This document shows, piece by piece, positions 43,101 through 57,400 of a stretch of DNA of 64,000 nucleotides. Numbering within the stretch: position 1 is the first letter of the stretch; each line of letters opens with the position of its first letter. The position numbers were made by a program, and so were the translations under genes. Under the pieces are notes generated by a model that was not told the origin of the DNA, searched no databases, and was given only the letters and a program-made list of their open reading frames with translations. The DNA is from Chrysomallon squamiferum (Eukaryota > Animalia > Mollusca): the NCBI GenBank assembly GCA_012295275.1, contig CM022665.1:19592001-19656000 (forward strand), given 5' to 3'.

Positions 43101-46100
43101 TGCAGATTTTCTTTCATTGCATAAATAGCTTCAAAAACTCTTCTGTACATGGCCTGTGTTTTTTCTATTGCTGAATCAAAAATCGTGGTGTATCTCAAGA
43201 AGTTGCAGATCTCAGCCAAATTGTAGTTAGACACTGCTTCACTTCAATTTCAGCCACATTTGGTACATGATCATGCAGTGTTACATTTGTCCCCTGATTA
43301 TTGTTCAAATGTATCTGACCTGGACATTTTTTTGAAGTACAGTGCCAAGAACCATTTCCATTACTTAAGTTTCTGTCAAAATGATAAATGAATCCATTCA
43401 CAGATTTAGGCAACTGACCCTTCTGGGAAAAACTCCATTTTTGTTGAGGGGTAATTTTCATCAAGCTTTATAGTAACAGTTTGACAGTGGGTCATGGTAC
43501 TGTCAAAACCTATCACAGATTCCTTTTGTGCCAGGATTAAATTTTGATCAAAATGATGGTTATTTTGTTTAGATCTGTATATAGTAACATAAGTATATGA
43601 CATAAGTGCTTTGGTTGGCATGCTTTTATCATCAAACTTATGTCTTCTGCTCTTATGTTGGTGTGCCATTTGTATTTAAAATGCACTGCGAACACAGAAT
43701 TATAGAAACTGTAAAGTATGACTGTTGCAACACAAAATAAAACAGTCTGCATTAATATTTGATTTTTATCTTTGTAACTAAGAACCAGTTATCTGACAAT
43801 AACCCAAATATTCCAAGACAATAATTTCTCTTTCTCATGTAAATTATGTTCCAGTTATCAGTGTTGACAAAAACAAATTTTAAAATTCATTAGGAACCTG
43901 GCATTGTTCGTTTTTAGCATTACCTTTTCAGTTTTAAGAAATACTTAATTTAGATATTTTATTTATAACTAAAATTAATGTTGTTGTGAATTATTGTTAG
44001 AATTTTAATTCATTTGCCACAAATAAAGAACATTTTACAAAATGACATTATTATTTCCACATTTTAGAAAATGACATTATTTCCACATGTCACAGAACGT
44101 TTTTTGGAGAACAGTACCAAACAGTGCATTTAAAATTAAAAAGAACTAATTGTAATTGTAATTAGTTTATTCCAAATGTTAGAAAATAATAATTTTAAAT
44201 TTTTCTATTCAGTGCCAACTCAGCCTCTTACTCCAAGAGTTTACATTACTCAACGAAAAAATGGCACAACATCTCTGCTGATGCTTGCTGCAGATTTCCG
44301 CTGGTCAACTCCCATCATCATCAGTGGCGTTCTGAGCCATCATATTGTATACCACTGGATAGAAGGGCAACAAAACAGTACACAGCATGCACAAACATCT
44401 GGTATTGCAAGGCATTTTATTTTAAACAACTTGATTGCAAACCAAACCTACTATTTTCAGGTAACAACAATAAATTAATAGTTACTGAATATGTCAGAAA
44501 CTTGTTAACGGCTTTACTTTTACATTTAGAAATCCACTATATAAATTATGTAATAGTAATTAGTTTTCCTAAGATTCAAAAGCTGTGGTTTCCTGAATTG
44601 TGTTAAATTACACTTCTTAAAATCATGGTAATAAAAATCTAAATATTTCCATTTTATGATTGTTCATTTTCTGAAAATTGTTGGTCATTTCTTCAAAGGT
44701 TGTTTAATTATTTATAATATTTTTGGTTTTATGATATAATTAATAGGTAGCAGCTTGCACAGATGTTGGATGTGGCCCAAAATCTCAAGTTGTTTCTGCA
44801 GTCACCAATGGTAAAAAATGTGATTTAACTTATAACAAAAAAAATGTTTCTACAAAATCAGTAATGAGATGTGTTTACTTACTTAGATCATACATTTTAA
44901 ATGGGTTATGAGCTCAAAATTATTATTTTGAAATAAAATTTAAATTGATTATATGTACATTACTGGGACTGAGATTTTGAAACTTTTATTTTTAAATGTA
45001 TACATGTTATTCAAATCATTGATCAGATGCAAAATAGTGTAACAGTTATATAGATTGATTTAGTTAGTGTTTGAAAAAGATTCTTAGGAGCATAAAAAGA
45101 AATACTTCTTTTTTAATCAGTTCATGCAGTGATTACACTGACAAAGTTAAAACAACCTGTAGTGATATATTTAAATAATTCTTTTTTTTTTCTTTTTTTT
45201 TAAATTTAATCACATCAATAAGTTGTCTTAAAATAACAGGGTATTATTGATAATGGTATTTTATATTTTGTTGATCTCCAGCTTTAAATCCAGTTCCCAA
45301 ACTACTGATAGCAACAAAGTCTTCACTAAGAATTTCAGAAATGGATGGTCACCTCAAGTCACATGTCCTATTGTCCAGTATTTCCCCATCAGGTCTGGCA
45401 TTCCTTGCCCAGGATGCGAGAACATTCTGGATAGAGGAAAGCAATGCACTGTATGTGTCACAGAGCAACAAACATGTCTCAGTGAGTTCTGTTTCTACTT
45501 ATTCTGCTCTATACATTTTTAAAATTAGTTTTGGCTGTCTTATTCTGAATGCTTGTAAATTTTGTATTAATATAGATAATTATTTAATTTAATTCACTTA
45601 GCAACATCAGTTTACACTGCATAGTGAATGAATGAATGAATGTGTATGACAGCCTTGCATGAAAAACATATTGGCTATTGGGTGTCAAATCAAAGGTAAT
45701 GCTCTAAAGAGAATCCAAGAATATAAATTCTGATTTAAGGTGTTGTAGTTTAAACTGTCACATCCACATATCTGGTTATAATGGCATCCTTTTGTTGGTT
45801 ATCAAAAATGGTTTATACATACTGATGTTTTAAATTTGTTTTTATTTGTATTGTTAACACAGATATTTCTAATAATGAATATTTGGCTTCCAGTTGCAGG
45901 ATTTGAATGGTACAGGCAAAGATCTCAGTATGGACTGGATTAGTAGAACTGTATATGTTGTTGAAGAAGAAAGCAGAACAAAAAACAAAATCATGGGATA
46001 CCATATTGACCAAGATACTTATGAAGAGATATTACTTAGGGAAAGGCCAGTTGGCAGCATTGTCACAGATCCTTACACAAGGTAACATTATTTCCATTTT

Positions 46101-49100
46101 TGCCAGTTTCACCTACAGGTTTAATGATTAATCACTATTATAGCCATTATGTTTTATTTTAATGATTTTAAATAAAACTGCAGTATTTCTGAATTTGTAT
46201 TTTAGTAACTGAATTTATGGATTTTTTTGCCAGTTCACTCTTCTGGACAGAGAATGATTCTAAAGGTCAAGGCCACATTTTTTATGGCAGTACAAATGGA
46301 AATGATATCACTGACCTCATTGGTGGTCAGATATCAGATGGAAACAGGAAAAAGCATGCAGATCCACAATGTAATTGTGCCAGACATGTGAATATTTCAC
46401 CAGTTATAGCTGTGGATTATTCATCAAAAGGAGACACTAACATAGTATTCAGTGATGAAGACAGTTACAGTATAATGACTTCTGACAAGACAGGATGCAG
46501 ATGTAAAATTGTCTTCAGTGCAACACCTGGTAACAGTCAAGGTAATTAAATTTAAACCAGAAGATATTAGTTACATCATTTCTTTGAACATGATTTTGAA
46601 CATGATTTTGAACATTTCTTTTTTTCTGTTATTCATAGTATTTTAGGCCAGTGTTCTGTTTTACTGTTGAAGCATTATACATGTTTATAATAAATGCATG
46701 TATGTTGTATGAGCTTATATATAAAAAGAAATACTGAGAATATCCAGAATTTGTTTCAAAAATGGTATAAGATTATTTTTTAATACCCCATATTTTGAAC
46801 AAATTTGTTTCACACTTTTACAATGCATTTTTGTTACTGTAAATTATTTCCAAACAGTATGAAGTACATTGTTTTAAAATCTTAACTTCTTAAACCATTA
46901 CTTCATAATATTTTTAATGTTATAGGTTGTTCCATCCAACATTAGGTCGTCTTCTTCTTTTTCTTCTTCTTCTATTTCTTCTTCTTATTCTTCTTATTAT
47001 TATTATTATATTTTATTGTAAAGGTCTACCTCCACACCTGATGACTGTAGACCATCTGCGAGTTTACTGGTACAACAAAAGTGAACAGAAACTTTACAGT
47101 GTTAATAAGCACACAGGTGCAGATCTTCTAACACAGGCTATTCCTGATATACAGGACATTGTGGCTTATGGAGCTCACCTTCAGCCACTGCCAGGTACTC
47201 TATAATTAGAAGTAATGTTTTGTTTAATGTATGCCTGCACAGAAAAGGTTTTATAAGACTGCATTACATTAAAGAAATTTAGAATACTGTATTAAAATGT
47301 GCTACATCTAAAACTTAATTTAAAAAACACTAAATTCTGTACAAATAAAATTGTAATTTTATTGCTGTAATTATGTTAAGTGTTTTTTAACTTGGTTTGC
47401 ATATTTTAAAGTCTATATATCATTGTTAAAACATATGTAAATTAATTGTGGCATTTTAATTTAAAAAAGATTCTCGTATCCAATACAAACTCTTATACTG
47501 ATAAAAATACAAGTGAGCACAGGTGTGAAGCCTGATAGGTTGATGGATCAGTCCTCTTCAAGTATCCACTGAGCTTTTTCCCATCTCAGTCTCACAATAT
47601 GGTAAATGCTGTCATTCTGTGAGAAGTTGTAGTCCATTGATAATAACAGAACGTTTATTAAATAGTCTTTAAAATATGTATGATGGTATATAATGGCATC
47701 ATCAAAAACAAATATTTTTCTAATTTTACTGTTAAACAGATTCAGCTTGTCTTGATCCTGGTCCTTACAGTAACTCTGTAGCCAGTGAGAGGATTACCAA
47801 TGTTTCAATAACACTAACACTGGATGAGATGAAAAGACTTCCCCACTGTGCAGGAATCAGTCTACCACATGACAAGTACACAGTGTATTATACTAAGCAG
47901 CCAAGAAGCAGAGTTGTTGGAGAACATGTTGACTGCAGCACTGAGACCACAAAATGCAAAACTTTGGTGTGTTTTGTTAAATATATTAGTCAGTATATAA
48001 TCAGACACATGCACACACACCCCCCTACGTACACCTACACACTCCTACACACATACATAATGTACAGTAAACCTGTTTTCTTGCTAGTTTGAGATTCAGA
48101 GAAAATTGCATTGATATTTGTTTTAATTATTAAGAGATGAAATACTATAAAAATAATAAATTAATTCTTTGTAAAATGATTTACCAAACTGGTGTCAAAC
48201 AGATTAGCTTATTAATTTTCTGTTTACAGGAAACATATAAAAGGGAGATAACAATTAAAAATTTGGAGCCATATACAGATTACATTGTGCAGGTTGCTGT
48301 TAGTAACTACTATACCGAATATCTGGCAGAAGCTCTTGGTCCAGCTATTATTTACAGAACAAATGAAGGAGGTAAGCATAGAAATGTGTACCAGTGTTCA
48401 GCGTTATAATATTTGAAATAACATTTCATAATAATTTGTTTATTTCAGAAACAAACAAAAAAAATAAATAAATTAAATAAATTAAAATAAATTAAAAAAC
48501 AAACAAAATTCTACATAATTTTTAAATATATGTTGGTTTAGATAGTAGCAGATCATGCATTTTATGCATTTTTAAATAGTATTTTCCATATCTGATTTGT
48601 TTTATTATTATCTTATTTAATCATGTATCCTTTGAACAAATAAGTTAAATGTGAAACAAGTGTCATGTCTAAATATGTTTCTTGAGATATGTTCATAGTT
48701 ATTTTTAAATAAATTTGACATTTTTCATGTGGATTAGATTGTTTTATGTGCTGTTTTGTTGGGTTTTTTCTCTTCAGAATATATAATACAAAATGTGGAA
48801 TTATTATTATTATTTGTTTTACTTTTATTTAATTATAATATTTTGTTATAATGCAATTTCAGTACCTTCAACTGCTCGCAATGTGACTGTCATTGTGTTA
48901 ACACCAGTTGAAATACAAGTTGAATGGTTCCCTCCTGCCAATCCTAGAGGCCCTCTTGAAAACATTACATATGTTGTTAAGTGGTCAACACTTACTTCAT
49001 CTGGAGTGTACTTGGAAGGACAGACAGAAAGATCTGCTGTCAGACAAATTAAGATTGGAAAATTTTACACATACCTAAAGAGTATGCAACCAAAGCATAC

Positions 49101-51396
49101 TTATCTTATTAAGGCAAGCATTTTAATATTAAATATATTTCAGTGTTTATTGTATAGATTATTTGACATGCAAAACAAATATGTTATTAAGCTGGGTTGG
49201 ATATTTTCCACATTAAAAATGAGGGACAAATTTTCATCACACAACCTTAGCATTCTGAAATAAAAGCCTTAGCGAGTGAGATTATGTAAGTAAGGTGCAA
49301 TGTTCAAAACCAACATAAATTATTTAAATACCTTTTAAAAAGGTATTCTGTTCACTTTAATAGCTATCCACTTTCAATAAAAAAAATTAAAAAAAAGGTT
49401 TTTAAGAAAAGTACTTGTACATGTTTAAAGAACAGTCTTTTTTCCTTTCTTTTTTTTCCTGTCTGTAGTTACCATTTTAGTTTAATTTACAGGTTCTAGC
49501 TTATGATGGATCTAAACAGTTATACAGTGAAAGTGCTGCAGTACAAACAAAAACTTTTGACACCCCTGGTGATCTCACACTATTCCAGTCATTCCCTAAT
49601 GCACTGCGTCTGATTTGGACATCACCAGCAGATGACAGTGTCACCAGACACTCATACCAATATGCAAAGGTAAACATTATTTTATTCAAGGGAATCATTC
49701 CGATGATGTGCAGGAAAAGGACATAATAAAGTATAGGAGCTTAATACTAGAACACCTGGAAATTTTCACTTTATGCTTTCTGTTATTAAAAGTTTTTTAT
49801 TAAGGCATAGTTATTACTGAGTTAAACAATTTCAGCAAAATAAATTAATGATATAATAAAGTTCTTTTTATAATGGATTTATTTCTTGTTAATAATGCAA
49901 TTGCTACTAATATTACTGAGGCAAAAAACAAAAACAACTTGAATTGACACATGTATTAGACAAAAATGGTTGTCTCCATTCAGCAGTAGACTTTTGCTAA
50001 TGGTTAATTATAAAAGTAATAAAAAGAAAAACTTCAGTATTTTCATTACAGTTTTGTAATATCTATATGGTTTTTTAATAGGTCTTACTTATTTTTCAGG
50101 TAACAAGTGGTGAACTAATGTGGATGCTTCATGATGATATCCCCTTATCAACTGAGAATAACACTGAGTATGAAGTTGATTTCACAGAACTAGAACCCAA
50201 CACTGACTACGTATTTCAAATTAAAGCTCTGTACCAGTCAACTAAATTCTCACTCTATATTTGGCCAAATGACAGACGATACACATTTAGAACTATGAGT
50301 AAGTAATACCCCTTGCATTTTCTTTTGCATATAAAATGTCTTTCAGGTACAATTAGGTGCTTGATTTGAATGTTGATGAAAGACTGATAATTACTTATTT
50401 TGGATGTTTTTTCATTTAGCTGATGTACCTGATCAGCCATTTCCACCAAAATTTCACCAGTTGAAATCAGGAACATATGAAATTGTTTGGACTAAACCAG
50501 ATGACAATGGAGCTCCTATTGAACACTATCTTTTGGAATACAGGTAAACTTATGATTGCCTCATAATATTACACATAATTTTATGAAAGGGCTTTTAGAT
50601 TTCTTTAATTCTGGGTTTTAAAATTATTTGATTGAAATGTTTCCTTTTTTGTTGATGTTTTCATACATTTATCTGTATATGAAACATATTTCAATTTTGT
50701 TCCAGTTTTCCCAGTTCAAATGAATGGCATGCAGCCTTTAATGGTTCAGATCTGCGTTGGGTTGTTGATGATGATACACTGAGACCACGTCAACACTATA
50801 TCTTCCGTGTAGCAGCTGAAAATGATAATGGCTGGAGCCCTTACAGTGACAACAGCACTGTCTTCACAGCACCATCTGGTTAGTACTTAGTCTTATGATA
50901 TCTGTGTAGGTACTCATATATATTTTATCTTGAATTCAGTACTTAATATAACCTAATATTTTTTGGCTTCAATCTGGATTGCCTGTTCAGCACAGTAATG
51001 ACATTTAACTATAAATATATGTGTTTATAATGTTTTGGTTTAATTCAATACTTTTATTATATAAATTTAGGATAATCCATCTAACATTTTTATGGTCTCA
51101 ATATTTTGCTAATATTTTATCCATCTAACATTCTCTAATACACAGTATATGCAAATTATTTTAATTGAAAAAATACTATCTACCATTTTTTCAGCTCTTA
51201 GGAACAGTGTTGTAACTGAAGAAGTAGGGATTGCCATTGCTGTTTCCATCAGTTTCATCATCATTGTCATTATTATTGTCATCACTGGAATATGTATATG
51301 TAAGTTATTTTTAATAATTATTGTTTAAACTGAAATAATAATGTAATATTTATCTGCATAACTGTCTCTCTGTGTACGTATGTGTGAAATGTAATG

Positions 51397-51429
<33 letters not shown>

Positions 51430-51430
51430 G

Positions 51431-51462
<32 letters not shown>

Positions 51463-54400
51463 CACACACAGACATATAAAATCTGACTGCAGGTACAAAG
51501 AGAAGACAGTATGAAAAGAAGAAAACTCGCGAGTTCATTGCAGTTTATCAGGCACCAGATATGGAGCTAGCCACACTAAGAGAACTTCCACACACGACTG
51601 TACAGCAGAGCAATACACTGTATGGCATCAGGTTGGTTACTCATTTATAAAACACTCAACTGGTAATGGTATGAACATGTATTTAATATTATATAATTTT
51701 GAAAAACATGTTGCTTTTGGAATAATTTGTTCATGTATTGTCTAAGGAGTCTGTTTTAGAAGAAATTATTAATTACAAGTATACAGAATTTTTTTTTATT
51801 TTTTTTTTTATAAACTGAACCTTAACAGATAGTTTTCCTGTAACCAATACCTTTTATGTTTCATTCAAATATTCAGTAATCTTTAAAATGGTCCTTAATT
51901 TTTCTCTCAGCTATGTTCCAACAGCTGAAGATATAGCATCCCTGCCACATTTTAGAAGAGACCAACTCAATTTAACAAAGTTTCTAGGAAGTGGAGCTTT
52001 TGGTGAAGTTTTCATGGGTGTGGCAAAAGATATTCTCTATTCAAATTCTGGAGAAACCAAAGTGGCAGTAAAGGTGATATAATGTTGTCAAGGATACTTT
52101 GTTGTTTTGAAGGTTTATGTAATTGTTTCACTTAGTACATCAGTATATAATTTTTTTTCAGTTGCTTCTCAAAACAGTCTCTGTAAGCATTATAGTTCAA
52201 GAAACATTTCGTAATAATATTTGGAAAAAATGGAAACAAGATTTTGATCATTACTGAGTTCCAGTTTAATATTAATTTTTTTTTTTTTTTTTTGCTTGCA
52301 GACATTACGCAAATCAGCTACAGAAAGTGAAAAGGAGGAATTCCTTAAAGAAGCACTGTTGATGAGCAACTTTCATCATGAGCACATCCTGGGTCTTCTT
52401 GGTGTTTGTCTTGACAATGATCCTCAGTTCCTTATCTTGGAACTAATGGAAGGCAGTGACCTTTTGTCATTCCTTCGAAACTGCAGAGCTACAAGTGTTA
52501 GTATTTAAAAAATACAATTTTTTTTTTATGATGACTTTAGTCTTTACTGTTTAAATATTTTTCATGAAAAACAAAAAATGTTTAATTAAAAATTAACAGC
52601 TTAAACAAATATTCATATTTTTTTTTCAAAGCAGTTAATGACATTTAAAGTGAAATGTAGAATTATTATGATATTGTTGTTTTTCTTCAGTCCACTCCAT
52701 GTAAACTATTATTACCTGATCTTGTTCAAATCTGTGTCCATGTTGCCAGAGGATGTAAATATCTTGAGGAAATGCACTTTGTACACAGGTAACCACTGAT
52801 TTTAAAACATGTATTTTATTTTAAATGGCTTGGGCAGTCCTTGATAATGATCTCTTTTCATCTGCAACTGAAACAACATCAAATTATTACAGTTTAATAC
52901 ACTTGTTCAGTATCTGGCTGTCTCTGAGCATCTGAGATTTAATTTTGTTTTATGTAAATAAAAACATTTTAGTTTGTAATATGGATTTGCAAATATAATT
53001 AATTATTATCTTTGACCAATGTATTTAATGTACACTTCCTTGCATACAAAATAAGTCAGTTTAATTTTTGTTATTATTTAAATAAATGAAACTGTTTATT
53101 TTTAATGTTTTGCATCTTTACCTGTGTACTGAAGAATCATCATCATTTGTTTTTGTTTCTTTTCTAATCAGAGATTTAGCAGCTAGAAATTGCCTCGTTT
53201 CAAGTGTTCATCCTGTTGAAATGGTAATAAAAATTGGAGACTTTGGTCTTGCAAGAGATATTTACAAAAATGATTACTATAGGAAAGAAGGAGAAGGCCT
53301 GCTGCCTGTAAGATGGATGTCACCTGAGTCACTGGTGGATGGTGTCTTCACCACACTCTCAGATATATGGTAAGCCAATTTATTAATTTTATCAGAGGAA
53401 AACAATTACCATATATATAAACAAATAATTACTAATTTCTAATAATGAATGTTACTTCTCTTCTTCTAAATCAGATGAGCAACTCACTGTTAAAATGAAC
53501 AAGAAAAAAGCTTTGGCTTGCTGGCTTGAGAAATGTTAACTTTATCCTTTGATAACGTTTTTAAAAAACTTGTCACACTATCTTTAAAATATCTGAATTA
53601 TTTATTATCTTTGTTCCTGTTAATTATTTCCTTTATCTGGAACAAAATATATTACTCTTAGGGAAGGAAAGTATGTGTATAAACTTGAAGAGTGTTAAAT
53701 TAAACATCTGAAAACAGTTTCCTCCTGTATTAATAATCTAAATTATGTTTCATTGTTTAGGGCTTTTGGAGTTCTGATGTGGGAAGTGGTAACTCTTGGA
53801 CAGCAGCCATACCCAGCAAGGACCAATATTGAAGTTCTTCATTTTGTTAGAGCTGGAGGCAAACTTGAAAGACCAGAGAAATGTCCTGATGAAATGTAAT
53901 ATTGTTGTGTTTTATGATATTTCTTTGCGCTTTTGTGTGTGTGTGTGTGTGTGTGTATATATTATCTTTATTTTCTAATAATTATGAAATAATGAATAAG
54001 ACAGAAAGACTGACCAATTCTATGAATGGAAAATGAATTTTTTATTTTTAATAAAATGAAATTTAATGTTTATAATATTTATGTGTTGGTATTTGTTTTC
54101 CAAGTGCTTAATTTGCATGCTAATTAAACCAGTAATTCAGACATTTTAATAATTACTTGTTGTATTAATTAGTTACAAATAAAATTATTATGATTCCAGT
54201 AATTTATCAGGTAATACAATAAGTAATAAAATTCTAATCATATATGTATATAATTTCAGATATGAATTAATGCAGAAATGTTGGAGTTTTTCACCAGAAG
54301 ATCGACCAACATTTTCCTTCTTGCTACAAAAACTGGAACATTACAAGGAGGTGTGTGATAACATGACACCAGATGAAATAGCTCAATCTTCACCAACTGC

Positions 54401-57400
54401 ACTTGATGGTAGGCATATACATTATTTTGTTATATTAGCATTAAAACAACTGATGATAAAATTCTGTTTCTGTTTATTAATTATTATTTTTTTTCAAATT
54501 TTACAAAGTTGCCAGAAACGTTTTTCAAAAATATGCAATATTATTTAATTGTTATTATTAATATTTTTTAATAAACATTAAGAGAAACTGATTTACATAT
54601 GAAGTTTATAAATAGAAATGAAAAAGTTCAGCTTTATCAATTCTGTAAGCACATTTTACTTGTCTTTGTGAAATAACATATTAAATAGTATTGATATAAA
54701 TAAAAATTGATGTTACTTGTGGGGTTTTGTGATATTTTTATTATTAATTTCTTTAGTGATTATATATTTTGTTCTTGTCATCGTTTTTCATCCAGTGATG
54801 ATCTGTGTGATATTGTTATTTTTTAATTTGATGTCAACTTATTGTGCTATCAGTTATTTGTTAAAACTGCATTTTGGTTTTGGTTTTCATTTGCCAGACC
54901 ACTTATTGTTTTCCTTATATGCCATTTTGGGTAATATTTGAAATAAATTAAACTGTGGAATCTTCACAAGCCTATTAACATTAGAATTCATTGCAAATTT
55001 TGTTTGACATCTTTAGTTCAGCAAATGAATATGGGTCATTTGGTATGTTTCTTATGGGATATTTCCACCTATTGAAAACAAATACCAGAAGACTGAACTA
55101 ATTAGTCCCTAGATATATACAGCTTTTTGTCTAATATAATTTTAAGAAAACTGACAACAAATAACTAATTACTAAGTACTAAAACATTACCTGTGTAATA
55201 CATTTTTCAGTGAAATATTTATCTCAAACTTACTAATTTAAAACAAAATTTTATCTTAACTTATACAAAATGTTTAAGTATTACTTTTTTCACATTTTGG
55301 AAAGTTAAGTGTTATCACATTGAAATTTCAGTGAAATATTATTCTTATGAATAAAGGACATTGCATCAATTAGATGTAGCCAACATCAATTTTTGTATTG
55401 ATATTTATAAAAGAAAAATACCAACTAGCAATAGCAGACTAGAATTTTGAATATTATCTTTAAATATTGGTAAATTTTGGTGCATTTCTCTCCTTGGTAC
55501 CATAGCTGAGGTAAATCTGTTAAAATAAAATACAAGTTTAAATGTGCAGAGAGTTAAATATAGAAATTAGTTATGTTAAAATTTAAGTCAACTGACATAG
55601 GTATATTTTTCCTGAATTAATATACAAGACATTTTGATACATAATTGAAAAGATAAACATTAAATTACATCTTTAAGAAAATGTTTCTCTTATGTGTAAT
55701 CAAAGTGAATAATCTTTAAAAATGTAACTATGAATTATGTAATGATTTTACCAGAAACATAATGTTTTGTAATTTCTAATAAATGCAATATAAAACAGAT
55801 CAGGATAACTATTACATTATTTTTTATACACTTAGGCATTTCAATCTTCCTAATTTAAATGAAAATAAAAAGTTTATTTTTCATCAATTTTAAACTGACT
55901 GAACTTTACATTGCCATGTTTTGATGCATTGTAAATTAAAAACTTATTTTAAAAATTCCATGGAAATATTATAAACTTTAGCATGGTTTTCTGCACCTTA
56001 TTATAATTTATTTTAGATTTTGATGTTTTTGATATATTATGCTAAAATGAATAATACTTTGATGATTTTTATAACCAATAATTTTGTGGGTTTTTCGCTC
56101 TGTAGTAAATACCATCCAGTCATTATAAATTTTCAGAACTTGTTTCCTGTGATATGAGTTTGACTTTCATTTTGAAAAAAAAAAAAAAAAAAATATGTTG
56201 TGAGTGGTTTTAAGCCCAAGTGTTTTAGTTGCCAAACCAGTTTCACTTAATATTGATATCTGGCTGTAAATATCTATCATTTCATTAACACTTCACTTGG
56301 CTTTGCTTGCTTCCTTTTCTTAATATCCACATGTCTCACACTTTTTTGAGTTATAACAAGTTTCTTTTGTGCTTCACCTGCATGTAACCTCTGAAATTTT
56401 GACCCTTGCATGATGCCTTCCAGTCAAGCCTTCTGCCATGTTATCATCCACGAATACAGACTTTTATTTTGGACTTGCTAATCTTGCATTTGATGATGAG
56501 GTAGTGACCAGCGACATGAGCAGCGACGAGGACCAAGAGCTGGGAATGATGTTCACTCATCAAAAATGTCCCCATCAGAGGAGAGGTAGGAAGGTGTTTC
56601 CCCCAGTCTTTGTTGTGTGTTATAAGTTCTTTTATGCATGATGTCAATTTACACATTAACATGAAGACATCAACAAATAAGTCAAATTTCAAAATACTCG
56701 TGGTGAGGGGTTTGTGTTCTTCATTGTCAAATTTGAATGCTCACTTTTTATTTTGTTGCATGATTTTTGGAGGTGGGGTTATTACATGGTTAATGTGCAT
56801 TCTTAATAAATAGCAAAAATCCATTCAAAAAGTGCTTAAACTTCACAGAGATTATAAATATAAAATGTATAGCTCATTAAAATAATTGTGTGATGGCAAA
56901 CTATCCATTACAACAAATTGTAGATAGTGTTTGGAAAATACTTGTTTTGTCCTTTAGATGTTTTGTTGTTTATTATTTTGTTTTTTGTTGTCATTTTGAT
57001 TTTTTGTTCCTTTTTTCAAATTCATTTGTTGCTCATTTTTAAGTTTGTTTTGTTATGGTTTAATGGTGTTTTCTGGTTTTGATTTAAGATGTTTTTTGTG
57101 GTTTCACTTTTCTGCTATTTAGTTATTTTCTCATGTATATCTTCCTTATTTCTCACCTTCAGTTTCATTTACAAAGCCTTGCTGTTACTTACATAGTGCA
57201 TGTTACTAACATTTTTTTATTTATATCACATTTTCTGCTTACACCTAATATATTTAACACTATTTGTCAATGTCCAAGTTTAAAAGAAAATTTAAATATG
57301 TTTTTTATATTAAATGTAAAACACAGTACAATATTGTGCTATACAACATCATACACAAATTTTCTATTTTTCTTTTTTAAAAGAAGAATGAAAAAGGTTT

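Noticed and set aside
54717-54941. Hydrophobic ORF resembling a membrane protein (also 57133-57528)
   Set aside because: T-rich intron composition yields F/L/I-rich ORFs by chance.
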